Shown piece after piece: positions 51,347 through 60,757 of a stretch of 64,000 nucleotides of DNA. Every line of letters starts with the position of its first letter. Within the stretch, counting starts at the first letter, position 1. The translations under genes and the position numbers were made by a program. Under the pieces are notes generated by a model. It saw only the letters and a program-made list of their open reading frames with translations, did not search any database and had not been told where the DNA came from. The stretch spans positions 2,750 through 66,749 of the forward strand of contig NZ_JAAFHA010000008.1 of the NCBI RefSeq assembly GCF_010365055.1, read 5' to 3'. The DNA is from Rhodoferax sp. Lineage in GTDB: Bacteria; Pseudomonadota; Gammaproteobacteria; Burkholderiales; Burkholderiaceae_C.

Positions 51347-54300
51347 TCAGACGCCTGCCGGCGCGCTCAAGCCCGCTGCGCAAAGCTGCTCAAAATCTTC
51401 GAGAGGCACCGGTCGGCTGAAGAAATAGCCCTGATAGGCCGGGCAGCCTGCCTGGGCCAGGAAGTCCCGTTGTGCTGACGTTTCCACGCCTTCTGCGATG
51501 ACACTCAGCGCCAGGCTCTGGGCCAGCGCAATGATGGTCTTGGCAATGGCGGCGTCATTGGGATCGGTGACCACGTCACGCACAAAGGACTTGTCAATCT
51601 TGAGCTGGTCCAGCGGCAGCCGCTTCAGGTAAGACAGCGAGGAAAAGCCGGTGCCGAAGTCGTCCAGCGAAAAGCCCACGCCTTGGGCCTTCAACGCCAC
51701 CATTTTCTCGATGACGTCTTCCACATTCGACACCAGCAGGCTTTCAGTGAGCTCCAGCTTGAGGCGCTGCGGGTTGGCCCCGGTGCTAGCGAGCACCGCC
51801 AGCACCTGGGCCACGAAGTCAGGCTGGCGGAACTGCTGAGCGCTGACATTCACGGCCACCGTGAGATCGGCGGTCTCGGGCCGCGCCGCCCAGACCGTCA
51901 ACTGGGCACACGCGGTTTGCAGTACCCAGTGACCCAAAGGCAAAATCAAACCGGTTTCTTCGGCGGCAGGAATGAAGTCATCGGGCCACACCATGCCGCG
52001 CTCGGGATGCTGCCAGCGCACCAAGACCTCGGCGCCCGTCAAGTGGTAATCCCCCGCGACCTGGGCCTGGTAATGGAGCACGAACTGATGTTCCTCCAGG
52101 GCCTGACGCAGGTCGCGCTCCAGCGCGGCATGCGCCATCATGACGGATTCCATGGCTGGATCAAAGAAGCGGATCGTATTGCGGCTGGCCGCCTTGGCCC
52201 GGTACATCGCGAGGTCAGCCTGCTTCATCAGCTCCTCGATCGCGACGCTCTGCCCATTGAACAGCGTGACCCCGATGCTCGGGGTGCTGTGGTAGGCCAC
52301 ACTGCCCAGCTGGTAGGTCTGGTTGAGGTCGGTAAGAATCTTGTCTGCGACGGTCTCGGCACTGGCCGCGGCTTCTGCCGCCACGGTGCCCAGACCCGCC
52401 AGCTTGACGACGAATTCATCGCCGCCGAGCCGGGCGACGGTATCGCCGTCCCGGACACAGGCGCTCAGACGCTGCGCCACCTGCTTGAGCAAGACATCCC
52501 CCATGTCATGGCCGAGCGTGTCGTTGAGCATCTTGAAATTGTCCAGGTCGATGAACATCAGCGCGCCGAAGCTGCCGTCACGGGAACTGGCGGCCATGGT
52601 CTGTCCGACACGATCGAGCAAGAGCGTGCGGTTGGGCAGACCGGTGAGTTGGTCAAAAAAAGCCAACTCCTTGATCCTTTCCTCTGCGTTCTTTCGATCC
52701 GAAATGTCATGGTGCGCGGCGATGTAATGGGTCACGGTGCCGTCCAGATCCTTCACCACCGAGATGCTGAGCAACTGCGGATAGACCTCGCCACTCTTGC
52801 GCCGGTTCCAGACTTCGCCCTGCCAGCCGCCCGTGCGGCGGATGTCTTCCCACATGGCGCGGTAAAAGTCCTTGCCGTGGCGGCCAGATTGAATCAGCCG
52901 CGGTGTCTGCCCTACAAGCTCTTCGGCCGAGTAACCCGTGATTTCGGTGAACGCCTTGTTGACCCGCAGGATCACGCTGCTGGCATCGGTCATCATCATG
53001 CCTTCGAGCGAGTCAAAGGCGACCGCGGCGATGCGCAGTTCGGCCTCGGCCTGCTTGCGGTCGGTGACGTCGCGTCCGCTGGTGCGAAAGCCCGTGAAGA
53101 CGCCTTTGGCGTCTTTGATCGGAACCCAGGACGCGGACAGCCAGAACACGGAGCCATCCTTGCGTACACACCGGAATTCCAGGTCGTCACCACGCAGGCC
53201 CTGCAGCCCCTTTTTCAACTCGGGTGCAACACGCGGCATGTCTTCAGCGTGCCAGCGAAGTCGGGCATGGCCAGGCACTCCTGCACGGTATAGCCGCTGT
53301 AGTCCTTGACCGAGGGGTTGATCCAGCGTGGCCGGCCGTCGAGCCCCCACCAGACTTCCAGGTTGACGGTGCAGTCAGCGATGGCGCGGAACTTTTCCTC
53401 GCTCTCGCGCAGTTCCTTCGTCATGGTGGCAGCGAGACCGATGGCACGGTCGCGCCCGGTTGCCATGAGCCAGGCGAGCAAGGCCAGCAACAGGCTCAGG
53501 CCCGTGCCGGTGACGGCGATCAGCGACTCTGCGCTGCTGCCGACGCGGTCCTTGAATTCATCCTTGGCGTTCATGGAAAGCAGCCAGGTGCGCCCCGCGA
53601 CGACCAGGTACTAATCGGCCACCAATGCGCCGCGGCGCGGGCGCGAAGCGTCAACAAGGGACGAATAAAGAAGCGCGCTCGCTGCGGGCTCGACGCCATC
53701 GTAAATGGCGAGGCTGAGGCCGGGCGGCTGTTCGCCATACAGACTGGCCATCAGGTCGTTCATGCGGAACGAGGCGTAGACCCAGCCGCTCAAGTGGGCT
53801 TGGCGAAGCGCCACGCTGTCGCGCGGCTGACCACGGGTGTAGACCGGCAGAAACATGATGAAGCCGGGCTGTGCATCTGCCTGCTTGTCCACGGCCAGGC
53901 GGACCTTGCCGGATATCGCCACCATGCCAGAGTCCCTCGCCTTCTCCATCGCCAGTCGCCGCACCGGTTCTGACCAGGGGTCAAATCCGGTGGGGATTCG
54001 GTTGCTGCCCACGTAGGGTTCGCGCTGGATTATCGGTGCGTAGTTTTCGCGCTCACCCAGGGGGTGAATGCTGTAGTCTGCGAAGCCGAGCCGGCGCATG
54101 TCGGCCTCGTGGGCGTCTTTGCCTGCCGCTGGCACCCACTCAGCGTGGCCGATGGCCTGGATGCCGGAAAAGTTGGCGCCGAGTTGCAGCGCGCTGACGT
54201 AGTCGCGGAACTTGTCGCGGTCAGCGGCATCGGTGGTGGCGAGCAGGCCTTGCACGCCACGCAGCATCTGCTCGTAGCTGGCCATGCGCTGCTCGACACG

Positions 54301-54447
54301 GCTGACTGCCTCTCGCAGCGCAAAATCGAACTGGGAGCGCACCTGATTGCGCGAGACTTGCCGCTCGTGACTCCATAGCAGCCAGGTCACGCCAAGCGAG
54401 GCAACCAAGATGAGCAGGGGTAACCGGCTCAGGCGGACCCAGCTCAT
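51347..54447 (-). pseudogene. CHASE-PAS-PAS-PAS-GGDEF-EAL gene split by an in-frame TAG and a frameshift
   Basis: The CHASE ORF 54447-53611 ends in TAG and the same frame continues (YLVVAGRTWLLSMNAK...). A second break near 53245-53255 shifts ...AGTL into EDMPRV... The distal GGDEF (RLGGDEF) and EAL (EVL, DDFGTG) motifs are intact. Confidence 0.82.
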
Positions 54448-55238
54448 GGCGGGGGCTGGAAATCAACGAGGGCGCCAGCGAGTCCGGGATCAAAGTATTT
54501 CTCGAAGATGCGCCGCACGGTGCCATCGGCGCGCATGTCATTGACCAATGCACGCCACTTGTCCTGCTCAGCCGGAATCAAGGCCTTCTTTGACATGATG
54601 AGGCCGTGGGGCACGGGCGGGTCGTCAAACTCAATGACAGAGCTAATGTCGCGGATTTTCTTCTGGTCCAGCGCCGGGTAGTCGAAGGGCTCAATGATCA
54701 TGCCCTGGATGCGGTTGAGCAGCAGCGTCTCATACAGCGGCGCCAGGCCATTGGCCTGGCTGACGCGGTTGGCGAGCGTGAGTTTGTCGACCAGTCGGTT
54801 GGCGGACTCGCTGTAGCGAAAGCTGCGGATGACGCCGAGCCGAAACCGCTCATTGCGCTCGAAGTCGGCCAACTGGCGCGAACCGGAGTCCTGACGCACC
54901 AGCAAATAGTATTTGTTGCTGAAATACCAGGCAAAGCCGGCAAACCGGTTGCGCTCGGCGTTGGTGATGCCAGACAGGCTGAAGTCGAGCGCGCCGGACT
55001 CGATCAGCTGCCAGATGCGCGCGCGCGACATGAGGCTCACCGCAATTTTGCAGCCGCTGCGGCGGACCAGTTCGTCGGCAAAATCCTTGTCGATGCCGGT
55101 GTCGGTATCGGCCGAGTAGAGCAGACCGTGGTCATGCAAGGCCAGCGTGAGAGGACGCGAGCAGTCCGGCCCGGCCGCCGCGGCAGTGGCAATGGCGCAC
55201 AGCGCGAGCATCAAGCTGCCCAAATGGCGTAGTTTCAT
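54444..55238 (-). CDS. Periplasmic solute-binding protein (amino-acid ABC/family 3-like)
   Basis: Signal peptide MKLRHLGSLMLALCAIATAAAA, ITNAER..FA.FA.Y, GVIRSF.Y; ATGA overlap with the CHASE gene. Confidence 0.75.
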   Translation of the reverse strand: MKLRHLGSLMLALCAIATAAAAGPDCSRPLTLALHDHGLLYSADTDTGIDKDFADELVRRSGCKIAVSLMSRARIWQLIESGALDFSLSGITNAERNRFAGFAWYFSNKYYLLVRQDSGSRQLADFERNERFRLGVIRSFRYSESANRLVDKLTLANRVSQANGLAPLYETLLLNRIQGMIIEPFDYPALDQKKIRDISSVIEFDDPPVPHGLIMSKKALIPAEQDKWRALVNDMRADGTVRRIFEKYFDPGLAGALVDFQPPP

Positions 55239-55389
55239 GGTCTGACCAGGGTAGAAAAGTGACCGGGCTGCAATTTGTGGATTGATCGTACCCGATGCGA
55301 ACACAAGCTGCTCGGCACGGGCATTGGCAGTAGGTCGAGCGTCTAAACTGAAGCTTGTGCAAGAAGACCGAACCAAACCCCTGGCTGGA

Positions 55390-55552
55390 CTGGTGGCGGT
55401 GCTGGAACTGTCGCACCGCACCCTGGCGCAGCAACCGAAAGAACGCACCATCTTTGCCACCCCTGACGCCGTCAAGCACTATTTGCAGCGGCACCTGGCG
55501 GCCAAACCGCATGAGGTGTTTGCGGTGCTGCTTCGGGATAGACAAAACAAAC
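55390..55552 (+). pseudogene. radC: radC (JAB domain) internal fragment
   Basis: LVAVLELSHRTLAQQPKERTIFATPDAVKHYLQRHLAAKPHEVFAVL matches the central part of betaproteobacterial RadC; both termini missing. Confidence 0.7.
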
Positions 55553-55761
55553 GCGCGTGTCTGGTGGCATTTGACCTGCCTCAGGTGTTTGCCATTTCGC
55601 ACTTTACCGATGGCGGCAGGTGACCATTTTGGTAGGTGCACCCGGTTGCATTCGGATTTGAAGTGGTGCTGAGTGTGGAGTCGCACGGTGAACGCAGTTT
55701 GCTGCTGCCCACCGCCCGAGGTGGTCGAGCCCAGCCACCGGCGAGGGGAGATTATGCTGCG

Positions 55762-55925
55762 TTAACGGCGGCTGTTCTTGACTGTGTACATGGCTGCGTC
55801 GGCGTCCTTCAAGATTTGGTCGGGGTCATTGTCGCCACCGCCACCGCCACCGCCACCGCCACCGCCACCAATGAGTTTCACCCCGATACTGGCCGAGCCG
55901 TAGTGGACGATGTCGCCCAAGCTTG
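55762..55925 (-). pseudogene. GGDEF-domain C-terminal remnant
   Basis: HYGSASIGV...DPDQILKDADAAMY.VK; upstream GGDEF core absent. Confidence 0.7.
55834..55869 (+). repeat. (GCCACC)x6 hexanucleotide tandem repeat
   Basis: Six perfect copies; reads as 12 Gly in the GGDEF remnant. Confidence 0.95.
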
Positions 55926-55942
55926 GGCAGGTGGCACCTGGC

Positions 55943-56220
55943 GCCATTGAGCGGGGCTTCAAGTGTTGAAGTCCGAGCTGAAAATCGGCCCCGTCTACCA
56001 CCGCCTGCCCGAGCGCATGCAGCATCACCATGTCAGTTTGAGCGGCGCAAAGCCACTGAGCGGCGTGTCTTCCATGTGCGATGAGCAGCATGACATGTTC
56101 AAAGCGTTAAAAGTCGAACAGCCCAATGCAAATCGACAATTGAGCCTCTTGTAGGGGCACGATTTAAAGTCAAACCTAATGAAATCAAGGTACTTACGTC
56201 ATCAGCTGTCGAAGACTGGG
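55943..56220 (+). mobile_element. IS1634-family transposase 3' remnant with probable right end
   Basis: IERGFK/VLKSELKIGPVYHRLPER (1-nt frameshift) joined to QHHHVSLSGAKPLSGVSS...QLSLL*; ends CTGTCGAAGACTGGG. Family assignment is from remembered motifs. Confidence 0.65.
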
Positions 56221-56266
56221 CGCAATGCTCCATCCCTCATGCCTACTGCATGGCCGCCGCGGCGGT

Positions 56267-58624
56267 TTAATTCGATACTGATAATGGCAGTGCCAAGTCT
56301 ATAGCGCGCACAAGCTCGTCGAGCATGATGGGTTTGGTGAGATAGTCGAAAAAGCCAAGCGCAAGGCACCTCTCGATGTCACGGGGCAGCGCGTTGGCGC
56401 TGACTGCGATGATCGGAATATGCGCCGTCAAAGGGTCGGCGCGCAGGATTTTCATGGCGTCGATCCCGTTGATGCCTGGCAGGTTGATGTCCATCAGAAT
56501 AACGTCTGGCTGATGGGCGCGTGCAAACTCGATGCCGAGATTACCGTCCGCTGCGCTCAACATGCGCAGGTCGGAGTGGCGGGCAAGAAGTTGCTCGATC
56601 AGTTGCAGGTTTGCCGGGTTGTCTTCCACATAGAGCAGCGTGCGCATCGGCGTGCCATCAGGCCCCTGGGACCGCTTTAGCACCTTGTGCTCGGTTGCTT
56701 GAATGTCAATCTGAGGCGTAGTCGTCAGCTTGAATTCGATCCAGAACACGCTCCCCACCCCGACGGCGCTGTCCACGCCAATCGCGCCTCCCATCAGTTC
56801 GACCAGCCGCTTGGTCACGACCAGGCCAATGCCCGTGCCCTCCACCGGGCCGGACTCCTTGCCGAGACGATTGAAAGGCTGAAAAAGCTGCGCAAGCTGT
56901 TGCGCAGTCATTCCAAAGCCGGTGTCTTGAATGCTGATGCGAATCGAATCTGGTGCCACCAAAGCGCACGCGACGTTGACAGCGCCGCCTGGCCGGTTGT
57001 ACTTGATTGCGTTGGAAAGAAGGTTGATCAGGACCTGTTTCGTCCGGGTTTGATCGGCCAGGATGAAATAAGCCGACGCAAGTGGTTCACACATGATAGT
57101 AATTGCGCGATCATTTGCCTGCGGACCCACCATGGTTTGACAGTCGCTCATCACGTCGGCCAGCGACACCGGCTCCAGCGACATCATGATCTTGCCCGAA
57201 TCGATCTGCGCCAGATCGAGGATCTCGTTGATCAGTTCCAGCAAGTACCATCCGGCGCGCAGGATCTGATCGAGACCGCGCTTCTGAGTCGGCGTTGGCG
57301 GTGGTGAGTCAGATTCGATAAGTTGGGCAAAGCCGAGGATGGCGTTGAGTGGCGTGCGCAACTCATGACTCATGCTGGAGAGGAACTCTGATTTCCCCAG
57401 GTTCGCCTTTTCCGCCACGGCTGTGGCGTGCTCCAACTCGGCATTTTTCTCATGCAGCAGCTGATCGAGGTGCTTGCGTTCGGTGATATCGCGGGCTGCG
57501 GCAAGCACGCCCAGGACGTTGCCCTTGTCGTCGCGGTAAACGGCTGCGTGGTAGAGCACGTCCATGATGCCGCCTGCCCTGTGGCGTATGGCGAGGGGGT
57601 AGTCGCGCAGCATGCCCTGCGAGAAGACTTTTTTGTAGCCGATGCGCGCCTTGTCGGGTTCGGTGAAATAGTCAGAGAAGTCCGTGCCAATGAGCTGCTC
57701 ACGCGGCACACCCGTTGCCTGCACGGAGGCTTCGTTCACGTCAGTGATCGTGCCGTGCGCGCTGATGGTGACCAAAGGGTCCAGATTGGCTTCAATCAAA
57801 CTTCGGGCGTAATGCGACAGTGTTTCGGCAAGCTCCTTTGCTTGAAAAAGTTCGGTTGTTCTGGCGAGCACCGCGTCGGCAAGTCTGTCACCGCGCTTTT
57901 CAAGTTCGACCGTGGACGTCTCGATGCGCGCAATCATGGCGTTGAAGGCGCGCGCCAGGTCACCGATTTCGTCAATCTGCTGCAGCTTCAGACGGTACGC
58001 GTAATTGCCTTGCGCCAGCTGCGTTGTGCTTTGCTCAAAAATGCGCAAAGGGCGCAGGATGCGCCGCCTAATAAGCAGCCAGACAAAAACGGTGAATGCC
58101 CCCATTGCCAGAATGATCACTCCGATTGACACTTGCATGGCGCGTAAGGCGGTTCCGGCCTCATCCCGATTGCTACGTATCAGTTCGTTCCCAATCTCGA
58201 TAAGTTCCTGGGTCACCCCCAAGAGCGACGCAACCGCGCGTGTCTGTGCGGCGGCTGCGTCGGCGGCCGCGCCAGGCTTAACCGTTAACCGCGGATAGAT
58301 GATTTCCATCAACGCAACTCGCATTCGAATCTGATCCAGATTCGTCTTCTCTCGCGGCGTGGTGGTGCGCATGCGGTCAATCTCACCGCTGACACCGGCA
58401 ATCTTGCGCGACCACTGATCTTTTGCGCGCACCTCATCAAACAAAGCGGTTTCCACCGCCACTTGCCTTAGCTGCGTGGCGCTATGGATCAAATCCTCGG
58501 CGGCATTGATATCACTGGTTGCCTGCTCGACATCGCGCGCCGAAAGCAGCGTCATACCAACGGCAACGGGAATAATCAAGGCTGCTAGCACCAGCAACCC
58601 GTTGATCTGCGAGCGAATCTTCAA
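56267..58624 (-). CDS. Hybrid sensor histidine kinase (TM-HAMP-PAS-HisKA-HATPase-REC)
   Basis: MSHELRTPLNAILGF, NLLSNAIKYN, DTGFG, GTGIGL, YVEDN, LMDINLP, KP. Confidence 0.93.
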   Translation of the reverse strand: MKIRSQINGLLVLAALIIPVAVGMTLLSARDVEQATSDINAAEDLIHSATQLRQVAVETALFDEVRAKDQWSRKIAGVSGEIDRMRTTTPREKTNLDQIRMRVALMEIIYPRLTVKPGAAADAAAAQTRAVASLLGVTQELIEIGNELIRSNRDEAGTALRAMQVSIGVIILAMGAFTVFVWLLIRRRILRPLRIFEQSTTQLAQGNYAYRLKLQQIDEIGDLARAFNAMIARIETSTVELEKRGDRLADAVLARTTELFQAKELAETLSHYARSLIEANLDPLVTISAHGTITDVNEASVQATGVPREQLIGTDFSDYFTEPDKARIGYKKVFSQGMLRDYPLAIRHRAGGIMDVLYHAAVYRDDKGNVLGVLAAARDITERKHLDQLLHEKNAELEHATAVAEKANLGKSEFLSSMSHELRTPLNAILGFAQLIESDSPPPTPTQKRGLDQILRAGWYLLELINEILDLAQIDSGKIMMSLEPVSLADVMSDCQTMVGPQANDRAITIMCEPLASAYFILADQTRTKQVLINLLSNAIKYNRPGGAVNVACALVAPDSIRISIQDTGFGMTAQQLAQLFQPFNRLGKESGPVEGTGIGLVVTKRLVELMGGAIGVDSAVGVGSVFWIEFKLTTTPQIDIQATEHKVLKRSQGPDGTPMRTLLYVEDNPANLQLIEQLLARHSDLRMLSAADGNLGIEFARAHQPDVILMDINLPGINGIDAMKILRADPLTAHIPIIAVSANALPRDIERCLALGFFDYLTKPIMLDELVRAIDLALPLSVSN

Positions 58625-58632
58625 GGCAGCTC

Positions 58633-59670
58633 CTAGTGCACGATCGTTACTGCAGTCGGCAGCACTGCCTCGAGGTCTTGATATTTCATGTAATTCATGT
58701 AGTTGGGCATCGGCCTGGTCTCGGCAAGCCCCTTTTTCATCGCCCAGCGTGTTTGATCATCCAGCGCCAGCAGCATCGCTTGGTCGAGGGAGATAGCGTA
58801 GTCTTCGGGCTCAAATATTTTTGCCATGGTGGCGTCATCAATATTGAGCACATCACCCACCAAACGACGCGCTTCAACCGGGTTGGTACGGATGGCCTGG
58901 TTAGCCGCAATCAAGGCGCGCAAGACAGCGCGGACTTCTTGCGGATGGCTGTCAATGTAAGACGGCTTGCCCACCAGTATGAAACGAAAAGCATAGACAT
59001 CTTCACCATAAAAGACTTTGATCCGGTTACCCATTTCCGATTGCAGCTCGCCCAGGAACGGCTGATACACCACTGCCGCGTCAAGCCGACCATCCTTAAA
59101 GGCGCTGATTGCCGCATCCGTGCGCAGGTCGATCGCAGTCACCCCATCGCTTGGAACGCCATGGACTTGCAGCATTGCATCAAGAAAGTAGGTCAAATTG
59201 GTGCCTTGGGTTAAGCCGATGGACTTGCTCTTGAGATCTTCAATTTTGTTGATGCCGCGATCACTATGGGCAATGATTGCCAAGGCGCGACGGCTCTGCG
59301 AAATGCCGGCGAGCATGGCAATATCAGCGCCACCAAGAAGCGCGAACATGACCGGTGTATCGGCCACTACTGCCAAATCCGCCTCGCCGTCGAGAACGGC
59401 CTTCAAAGCATCTTTGCCCAGCTCTAAGGGTTGGCTTGCGACATCCACGCCAGCCTTGCGGAACAGACCCTGCCCGGACGCAACCAGTATCAGGGCGCTG
59501 TTGATCTGCATGGGCACCGCGATCGAAACCTTTGTCCCCGCCATTGTGGGGGTGACCGGCGACCGAAATGCCAAAAAAGCTACCACACCGACAGCCAGTG
59601 CCGAGAGCGCCAACAGCACAATACGCATATTCGAGCGCCACCTGTCGCCGCCCTTGGAAGCAATTTTCAT
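58633..59670 (-). CDS. NMT1/THI5/SsuA-like substrate-binding protein
   Basis: N-terminal TM segment, G.F.KAGVDV, DLKSKSIG, DAAVVYQP; 8 bp upstream of the kinase. Confidence 0.8.
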   Translation of the reverse strand: MKIASKGGDRWRSNMRIVLLALSALAVGVVAFLAFRSPVTPTMAGTKVSIAVPMQINSALILVASGQGLFRKAGVDVASQPLELGKDALKAVLDGEADLAVVADTPVMFALLGGADIAMLAGISQSRRALAIIAHSDRGINKIEDLKSKSIGLTQGTNLTYFLDAMLQVHGVPSDGVTAIDLRTDAAISAFKDGRLDAAVVYQPFLGELQSEMGNRIKVFYGEDVYAFRFILVGKPSYIDSHPQEVRAVLRALIAANQAIRTNPVEARRLVGDVLNIDDATMAKIFEPEDYAISLDQAMLLALDDQTRWAMKKGLAETRPMPNYMNYMKYQDLEAVLPTAVTIVH

Positions 59671-60050
59671 ATTTTGGCTTCCTGTTTCAAAAAAACGACC
59701 TGCAAAAACAGGGCTGATGCTCAACGGGCTTCTGCCTGGAGTTGCTCAGATTGTCACACAGCACGCCGAATTGGTGGGGAAGGCGAAAGTTCTGGATACC
59801 AGGCCACGGCAACCAAGTGAGAAAGGTTGGAAAACCATCTGTCGCTGCCCTGATGCCGGACTGGACCTGCCGGTGCCGCCATCGCCTGCAAGGGGAGGAA
59901 CAGCAGTCATTAATACGACCCCCGGCTTGGCAAGCGATTGATGCATTGATCACATCTTTGGTCGACATTGAAGGACTGCTCACTGCCCGTGAACAATCAT
60001 TGGCTGAGAAATTCCGACTGTCGGCTCCTGGTCGTCCATCGACGAGTCCT

Positions 60051-60140
60051 TTGTTAAGGTTTGTAGGATGCCCGCCCGTGCAGGCACACCTGTTGCGCAC
60101 CGATGACTACCAAGGGTGGGCGTCGTATAAACCTTAACAA
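60051..60140. repeat. 27-bp imperfect inverted repeat with 36-nt spacer
   Basis: TTGTTAAGGTTTGTAGGATGCCCGCCC ... GGGTGGGCGTCGTATAAACCTTAACAA: 23 Watson-Crick pairs, 3 G-T, 1 mismatch. Confidence 0.8.
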
Positions 60141-60757
60141 AACCGGACATCCGAGAAACCATTCGAATGCAGACATAAACTACGACTTTTCCGAACGAGA
60201 GGCGGGACGATTTGACAATCTCCATCGGCACTCGAAGACTACTAATTTTCGCCTCTGGGATTGCGGCAATGGGGACACTTCCCTTCATCAGCAGATACCT
60301 CCTGGAAGCTGTACCAACTCCTGTCGAGGTTTGAAGTTGCAGACCGCATGACCGTGGACCAACTCGGTGCCCTGGGGCTTTGATGCCGTACCCATCAGAG
60401 GATCCACCCCGTGCTTGGTGGCTTCTTCCTGATTAATGGCCGTTCTATCGCAATGTCAAAATTCCCGAGCCCTTAAGGAGGGGGGCACCCTCAGCATCTA
60501 TCCCCCCAGCTAACCGACGCCCGGTGCGTTAGCGCACAGACCACGTATTTCATCCGCGATATAAATGAGCGATTACTACCCATTGGGGCATCGCGCAAGT
60601 GTGCAGCGGCCTGTTCGACGCGGGCGCGAAGCGATGTCAACCAATCGAACCAGTCAAAATAGTTCGAATTGCGGTGCGAGCGCGTTCGCGGGCAAAGTGC
60701 CCGTTGCCGAGACTGTTGCCCTCAACGGGAAATGGAAAAGTAGAAAGGAAAACGAAC

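Noticed and set aside
53611-53613. Amber readthrough (pyrrolysine) of the CHASE gene
   Set aside because: No pyl genes are present and a second, frameshifting lesion occurs in the same gene; a nonsense mutation is simpler.
60051-60140. Integron attC site
   Set aside because: The core sites are in the wrong orientation (GTT on the left, AAC on the right), there are no extrahelical bases, and no cassette array or intI is present.
60190-60430. Broken hydrophobic reading frames (ISIGTRRLLIFASG..., YQLLSRFEVADRM...)
   Set aside because: Possibly a pseudogene, but I could not assign any family.
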